Below are positions 58,314 to 64,000 of a stretch of DNA of 64,000 nt, piece after piece; position 1 is the first letter of the stretch; each line of letters opens with the position of its first letter. The notes beneath the pieces were generated by a model. The model made no database searches and had not been told where the DNA came from. It saw only the letters and a program-made list of their open reading frames with translations. This DNA is from Marine Group II euryarchaeote MED-G35 (GTDB taxonomy: Archaea; Thermoplasmatota; Poseidoniia; Poseidoniales; Thalassarchaeaceae), in contig NTJS01000001.1 in NCBI GenBank assembly GCA_002457155.1, positions 69,354-133,353 on the forward strand, read 5' to 3'. Made by a program: the position numbers and the translations under genes.

Positions 58314-58896
58314 GTACCCCATCAGAGTAATCGTAGTACCTAGGTACTCCTGTCTTAATCTCGAATGAAACTATGTCATCGGGGGAGATTCCTTCGATAT
58401 GCATTACAATTGACCTCAGAGAGTTACCATGTGCAGAAACTAGGACATTCATGCCTGACTCGAGATCCGGGAGGATTTCTTCTTCGAAATAGGGAATCGT
58501 CCTCTTCGCAGTCATCTCCAGACTCTCTCCTTCAGGGGGGGCCACGTCGAATGACCTCCTCCAAATCCGGACCTGTTCCGCTCCATGCTTTTCAGCAGTC
58601 TCTGCCTTGTTCAATCCTTGAAGAGCCCCGTAATTCCTCTCGTTCAGTCTCCAGTCCGACTTAGTCACCGTGTCTTTCGAGGAGACATTAGCCCGAATGA
58701 CAATTCCCGCAGTCCTCTTTGCCCGAATCAAGTCGCTTGTATGGACGATGTCAATAACTTGGTTCCTGAGCTCTTGACCGGCTTCCTCAGCCTCCGTCAC
58801 GCCCTTGTCAGATAGATCGACATCAGTCCACCCAGTGAACCTGTTCTCAGCGTTCCAAACAGATTGCCCATGGCGGATTAGGATTAGCTTTGCCAA
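58297..58896 (-). CDS. gpmA: 2,3-bisphosphoglycerate-dependent phosphoglycerate mutase
   Basis: RHGQSVWN..NRFTGW, LNERNYGALQG, WRRS, AHGNSLR. Confidence 0.95.
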   Translation of the reverse strand: MAKLILIRHGQSVWNAENRFTGWTDVDLSDKGVTEAEEAGQELRNQVIDIVHTSDLIRAKRTAGIVIRANVSSKDTVTKSDWRLNERNYGALQGLNKAETAEKHGAEQVRIWRRSFDVAPPEGESLEMTAKRTIPYFEEEILPDLESGMNVLVSAHGNSLRSIVMHIEGISPDDIVSFEIKTGVPRYYDYSDGVLSLID

Positions 58897-58905
58897 CACA
58901 AACAC

Positions 58906-60003
58906 CTAGAGTTTGGCTCTACGCCTGGGCTCATGGAAATTCAACTCGCACTCCAGCCCCCTAGCCCTACCAATTAGCAGAATATCCTCTGTGAACTCCC
59001 TTTGGATATTCGAACTCGACTCACAGTAGAAATTGCATGATACAGTAATCTTCGGAGGGAGGCTGTTTGTGATTTTAACCCAGGAATCCCCATGCTTGGT
59101 TGCCCTTGGGTCGGCAAGAACCTGCTCGCACAGGGAATCACAGAACTTCTTCAGAGCGCTCTGGTCGCTATCCTCCTCGAATTCAAACGAGGGCCTAATC
59201 CTCCTGAATCTCCTCATCGTGAAGTTCTCCACGGGTGAGTTAGTGATGTTGGAATTAGGAATTGTGACAATGGTGTCGTTGCCAGTCCTGATCATCGTAG
59301 TCCTGAGTCCAATGGTGATCACCTCGCCCTCAACTCCCTCCACTATAATCCAGTCACCGACATTGAAAGGCTGATCGATGATAATCGAAATCGCTCCGAA
59401 GATGTTTGCCACCGAGTCCTTCGCCGCAAGTGCTAGTGCCAGACCCGTTATTCCGAGACCTGCAATCATTCCGTTGAGGTTCAATCCAACTAGGCCCGCC
59501 AGAACGAAGACGCCAACGACTACTACTGCTAGCCTTCCTATGGCCTCGGCAACACTCGCAAGGGACCTCCTTGCTGCCATGTTGTCTCCCTCGACGACTA
59601 TGAAAGCATCCAAGAAGTCTACCAGCCTATATGCCGCGATTAGCATTAGGATCACGAAACCGGCTCTGCACATCTCCCCGAAGTTCTGCATCAATGCATT
59701 ATTCCAGATGTGCTCCCCTTCTGCTGCAATAATGTTCTCTAGTGCCCAGTCTACAGACTGCCACATAGCTAGCAAACCAATCATCCATCCTAGAGATTTG
59801 GGAGCGAATAGCGTCTTCCCATCAATCCTCTCAGTCTTGGATAGTAAGTCCATTATTCGCGGGAATAGAACTCTTCTGGAGATTAGTCCTGCAGTTACGG
59901 AAACTCCGATTAGCATGGCAAGGAAACCGATTCCAAGTGATGAGAAACCGTAAACCACCTCATCCCCAGTCAATTCTTCAGCGATTTCAGACCCCATACT
60001 CAT
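58906..60003 (-). CDS. Small-conductance mechanosensitive channel MscS
   Basis: GLGITGLALALAAKDSVAN, PFNVGDWI, GLRTT, IPNS. Confidence 0.93.
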   Translation of the reverse strand: MSMGSEIAEELTGDEVVYGFSSLGIGFLAMLIGVSVTAGLISRRVLFPRIMDLLSKTERIDGKTLFAPKSLGWMIGLLAMWQSVDWALENIIAAEGEHIWNNALMQNFGEMCRAGFVILMLIAAYRLVDFLDAFIVVEGDNMAARRSLASVAEAIGRLAVVVVGVFVLAGLVGLNLNGMIAGLGITGLALALAAKDSVANIFGAISIIIDQPFNVGDWIIVEGVEGEVITIGLRTTMIRTGNDTIVTIPNSNITNSPVENFTMRRFRRIRPSFEFEEDSDQSALKKFCDSLCEQVLADPRATKHGDSWVKITNSLPPKITVSCNFYCESSSNIQREFTEDILLIGRARGLECELNFHEPRRRAKL

Positions 60004-60099
60004 GTTTTTTCCGAAGAGGTACCCCTCAAAAAACCATCCCGGTCCTTCGGACCGTTGTCCGAGCGATTCAATACCTAGGGTTTCTCCGCAAAAAATAGC

Positions 60100-62307
60100 A
60101 TGACTAGTCAGGCGCCTTTCAATTCGAGAAGAAAGGGGACTTCCAATCCCGGTGTACCAGTCGCAGCTATGCTCCTCCCATTTCTGCTAAGCATGCTCTC
60201 TCCTGTTGCCCTAGCTCCAATTACAGAAGCACAGGAGCCAGAACCCGCTGGGACATCCCCAGAAGAAATCTGGTCGACCGAGTACGTGAATCAGATTTTC
60301 CCATGGGGGCCGCATGGGGACGCCGATCAACTTCAGTTCCGCGCGTATCACGATTATTTCTCAATGAAACAAAGAATGCAGACATTGGCTGCCTACTATC
60401 CAGATTTCCTCCAGTTCCATGAGGGACTTTTAGGCGGACTTAACGCAAGAGGTGAAATGACCTCATCTACTGATTATGAGGGATGGTTCTACAACCACCC
60501 CAGTCCGTGGATGAAGATTACAGCAAATGTTCAGGGTGGCTCGTACAATGATTTCAACGGGGACGACGGAAATTACGCCGACCGTCCCGACGTAATGCTA
60601 GTGGGAAACCATCATGCAAGGGAATGGATGTCATACGAGGTTCCGATGTTCTTCCTGGAGACTCTGGCGTTCTACTATGGCAAGGCAGGGATAGACAACG
60701 ATGGGGACGGCCTGATCGACGAAGACGGCTGGGACGGAATTGACAACGATGGGGACTGCCTGATGCTCAACACATCATTCCAGGACAGCAACGGAGACGG
60801 AAACCCCTGCGGACCCGGCGACTTGGGGGTCGACGAGGACTTCAGTGAGCAGTTTATCACAGACATGGTCAATACTAGAGAAATCTACCTCATCCCCATG
60901 CTTAACGTAGATGGGAACAGGTATGACAGGGAGGAATACTGTGGGGAAACGGCATGGGAGAACTGCTATCAGAGCGGTTGGAGGAAGAACCTTCGAGACA
61001 ATACTCACACCGGGGTTACCCCAATTCCAGATATCGACGAGGCCGTGGATGAGGGTTGTGATGGGGTCGACCTCAACAGGAACTACCAGTTTGAGTGGGG
61101 CGCACCATTGGGGGCGACTGGTCCTATTTTCCCAGGATTCTGCTATGCCGATGGGCCCAACAATGACGTCTACAACGGACCAGTGAACACCGATGATAAT
61201 GATAATGACGGCCAAATAAATGAGGATCATGTAGATGGCAAGGATGACGATGCAGACGGCAAGGTAGACGAGGACTGGTGGGGTGGCAACACCGAACCGG
61301 AGACCAAGTTCATCCAAGACATGACCGAGATGAACGATGATGACTTGGATCACGCTTCTGACTTCAAGTCGACACTTACGTGGCACTCTTTCTCGGAGTT
61401 GGTACTCTGGCCATGGGGGCACTGCACGAATTGCTACTCCACCGATGACGAGTATCTGGTATATCACGGACAAGTAATGGGACAGATGACAGATTACGCA
61501 CCAATGCAGTCTTCCGACCTCTACCCAACCACAGGAGACTTCTGCGACTGGCACTACGGCGTGCATAATTCGTACTGCTACACAATGGAGATCGGCAATG
61601 CTTTCCACGAGTACCCGGAAGACATTGCTCACATCGCCGTGAGGAACCTCGGAGTCCCCTTCTACATGGTGGAGATGGCCGACGATCCACAGTACAGGGC
61701 CGTGGTGGGGATACAGAACACTACTGCCACACAGTGGCTGCAAGAGCCGATCGATGTGGACGTTCCCTCGAAAGGAGACATTCCGGTGGGGATGTGCTTG
61801 GACCCAATGTTCCCGTTCACTCCAGATGTTGAGAGATCGCATCTAATGTGGCGATTCGTGGAGCCCACGAGACAACAGAACGACTTCGGCCCGACAGACT
61901 GGGTAGAGGTCCCCTGGGAGATGTCAGGGTTTACCGAGACTTCGGAGCAGTGCACGCTGCTGGACGGATCTAACGGGACTCGCTTGGTTGGGCTCGTTCC
62001 CCTTCCGGACACCTCAGTAGGCAAGATCCAGTACAAGGCCATGCTTGGAACCACCAACGGTGCCTTCCCATTCACATACCCAACCGTGGAAGAAGGGGGG
62101 AACTACTACGAATTGTCAATTCCGTACAGGGCAGATTTCGGAGATGCAATCCTCAGCATCCTGATGTTCCTGGTCATTGCCACATTCGTGTGGGGGGGCC
62201 TCGGTTTCACTCTGAGGGAAATGTTCTCCGAGGACGAGAGGATTCTCGGAATGCCTCTAGAAGAAATACCAACCTCAGAAGAAATCAATCCCAGAACGGG
62301 CGAGTGA
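60100..62307 (+). CDS. Membrane-anchored M14 zinc carboxypeptidase with Ca-binding DxDxDG inserts
   Basis: HHAREW, PMLNVDG, WRKN, GVDLNRN, WHSFSE, TMEIG; C-terminal TM. Confidence 0.9.
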   Translation: MTSQAPFNSRRKGTSNPGVPVAAMLLPFLLSMLSPVALAPITEAQEPEPAGTSPEEIWSTEYVNQIFPWGPHGDADQLQFRAYHDYFSMKQRMQTLAAYYPDFLQFHEGLLGGLNARGEMTSSTDYEGWFYNHPSPWMKITANVQGGSYNDFNGDDGNYADRPDVMLVGNHHAREWMSYEVPMFFLETLAFYYGKAGIDNDGDGLIDEDGWDGIDNDGDCLMLNTSFQDSNGDGNPCGPGDLGVDEDFSEQFITDMVNTREIYLIPMLNVDGNRYDREEYCGETAWENCYQSGWRKNLRDNTHTGVTPIPDIDEAVDEGCDGVDLNRNYQFEWGAPLGATGPIFPGFCYADGPNNDVYNGPVNTDDNDNDGQINEDHVDGKDDDADGKVDEDWWGGNTEPETKFIQDMTEMNDDDLDHASDFKSTLTWHSFSELVLWPWGHCTNCYSTDDEYLVYHGQVMGQMTDYAPMQSSDLYPTTGDFCDWHYGVHNSYCYTMEIGNAFHEYPEDIAHIAVRNLGVPFYMVEMADDPQYRAVVGIQNTTATQWLQEPIDVDVPSKGDIPVGMCLDPMFPFTPDVERSHLMWRFVEPTRQQNDFGPTDWVEVPWEMSGFTETSEQCTLLDGSNGTRLVGLVPLPDTSVGKIQYKAMLGTTNGAFPFTYPTVEEGGNYYELSIPYRADFGDAILSILMFLVIATFVWGGLGFTLREMFSEDERILGMPLEEIPTSEEINPRTGE

Positions 62308-62316
62308 GGGGATATC

Positions 62317-63999
62317 TTGGATTCGCAGACAGAAAAGTCAAGCGACCAGTTCAGTGGTAGGCTGGGGTTAATCTTCGCAACCATCGGAGCTGCGATCGGG
62401 ACTGGGAACATCTGGAGATTCCCTCGTATGGTGGGTGCCAACGGAGGGGGGTCGTTCCTCGTTCCATGGTTGATTTTCCTATTCCTCTGGTCCGTCCCCC
62501 TCATTATCGCCGAGTTCGCATTGGGGAAGAGAAGCAGGGTTGGCACCGTTGGGACATTCCGGATTTTCGCTGGCCGAAGGTTCGCATGGATGGGCCTTTG
62601 GACCGCATGGATAAACTGTGCAATAGGATTCTACTACGCCGTGGTCACTGGGTGGTGCTTGAACTACTTCCAGATTGCCATCAGGGGCGGCCTCTCCCAA
62701 GAGGTGGACACGATTGAGGTCTGGAACACATTTCTCCAGTCTCCTGAGCAAGTCATCTTCTTCCAGATGATTACAGTTCTGATCACCTTGGCAGCTATAT
62801 GGGGCGGTGCGAAGGCCATTGAGAAGGCGAACGTCACTCTGATGGTCTCCCTATTCGTCCTGCTTTTCGCAGCCCTCTTCCTATCATTCGTAATGGACGT
62901 CAAGGATGGGACTCTTGACGGTTTCATCTACATGTTCAGCATCCAGCCGGAGTACCTGGTCCAACCGGAGACTTGGATAAACGGCCTCTCACAGTCTGCT
63001 TGGTCCTGCTCTGCGGGAATGGGAATGGCGATAACTTACTCCGTGTACATGAGGAAGGACGAGGATACCACTCTGAACGCAGCTACGATGTGCCTTGCGA
63101 ACAACAGCATCAGCATCATCGCAGGACTCACTGTTATGATGGCAGTGTTCTCGGTTTCGCCCGATCCCTTGGGGTCGGTGAGCGGGGGGAGCTCGGCGAT
63201 CACCTTCCTAGTCCTGCCCGAGGTCTTCGCCCAGGCACCGGGTGGCCCAGTCGTGCAACTGGCCATGGTTGCCATCTTCTTCCTAGCGCTATCCTTCGCC
63301 GCCCTGACATCCATGATTTCCACTGTCGAACTCTGCGTCAGGAACTTCGTCGATCACGGTTTCGACCGCTCAAGGTCAGTTGCCCTAACAGGCCTCGCTA
63401 TTTTCCTATTCGGAATCCCTAGTGCAATACTGTGGATCAAGATCGATCCATCCACTGGAGTAGCCTTCCCCCAGTTCCTCGAGGTCCAGGACCACATCTG
63501 GGGGTACGGTCTTATGTTCAGCGGACTTTTCATGGCATACACCATCTGGAAGTACGGTTGGTCCAGGTACAAGGCATGGCAGATCGAAAATGAGGTGGAT
63601 GGATTCAGCCTCAGGGACTACCTGGACCATGGGGTCTCCGCCTTCCGTGACGACTACATCAACACTGGAGACAACGACTGGTGGATAGGACGCTGGTGGG
63701 ACTACATCATTTACCTAGGATTCCCATTGATGTTCTCTGTGCTGATGCTCTCGTACTTCGCTGACCTACTAGCCAACGTCGATGACCCGTGGAACCCGTC
63801 AAATCCCCATGGGATCTCGATAATCCTGCTCTTCTGGGGGGTGACCGCTTCTCTGTTCGTCGGGTTCAACAAGGTACTGATCTCAAGACCGCTGTTCCGA
63901 AACGTCCCAGAGGGCGCGGACGTCCCAATCGATGCACTACCAGGAGGATCCGACCCACATATCTTCCAAGTGGGAGACGAGCTTCCAGACCACGTCAAA
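62317..63999 (+). CDS. Sodium-dependent transporter, NSS/SNF family (3'-partial)
   Basis: TTG start, GAAIGTGNIWRFP, NGGGSFL, GMGMAITYS, FAALTSMIS; runs off window end, absent from ORF track. Confidence 0.92.
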   Translation, partial: MDSQTEKSSDQFSGRLGLIFATIGAAIGTGNIWRFPRMVGANGGGSFLVPWLIFLFLWSVPLIIAEFALGKRSRVGTVGTFRIFAGRRFAWMGLWTAWINCAIGFYYAVVTGWCLNYFQIAIRGGLSQEVDTIEVWNTFLQSPEQVIFFQMITVLITLAAIWGGAKAIEKANVTLMVSLFVLLFAALFLSFVMDVKDGTLDGFIYMFSIQPEYLVQPETWINGLSQSAWSCSAGMGMAITYSVYMRKDEDTTLNAATMCLANNSISIIAGLTVMMAVFSVSPDPLGSVSGGSSAITFLVLPEVFAQAPGGPVVQLAMVAIFFLALSFAALTSMISTVELCVRNFVDHGFDRSRSVALTGLAIFLFGIPSAILWIKIDPSTGVAFPQFLEVQDHIWGYGLMFSGLFMAYTIWKYGWSRYKAWQIENEVDGFSLRDYLDHGVSAFRDDYINTGDNDWWIGRWWDYIIYLGFPLMFSVLMLSYFADLLANVDDPWNPSNPHGISIILLFWGVTASLFVGFNKVLISRPLFRNVPEGADVPIDALPGGSDPHIFQVGDELPDHVK

Positions 64000-64000
64000 G

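Noticed and set aside
58297-58896. Bacterial-type dPGM in an archaeon
   Set aside because: Already known in several euryarchaeal/Thermoplasmata lineages
62466-63998. Short ORFs listed near the right end
   Set aside because: Alternative frames of the 3'-partial NSS transporter starting at 62317

Overview
Gene-dense (~60 CDS, 1 tRNA) archaeal chromosomal segment. The gene set (FtsZ-SecE-Spt5-uL11-uL1-uL10-P1 cluster, Pus10-eL21-RpoF-DUF655-KsgA cluster, archaeosine RaSEA, Pth2) together with exported peptidases, an MMPL transporter and an RCC1-type surface protein points to Thermoplasmatota, most likely Marine Group II (Poseidoniales); this taxonomy is my inference. No CRISPR array, integrase, transposase or prophage was seen. 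Most notable: (1) a remodelled core cluster, with Spt5 fused to a degenerate N-terminal Nudix domain, followed by a uL11 reduced to its C-terminal domain and an L1-type autoregulatory hairpin; (2) a cbb3-CcoN-like membrane protein lacking almost all haem/Cu His ligands; (3) a large AddAB/AdnAB-like helicase-nuclease pair; (4) a cysteine dioxygenase carrying the eukaryote-type Cys93 equivalent; (5) an RCC1 + Cys-rich-repeat surface protein. All calls come from motif recognition by eye; no searches were run.
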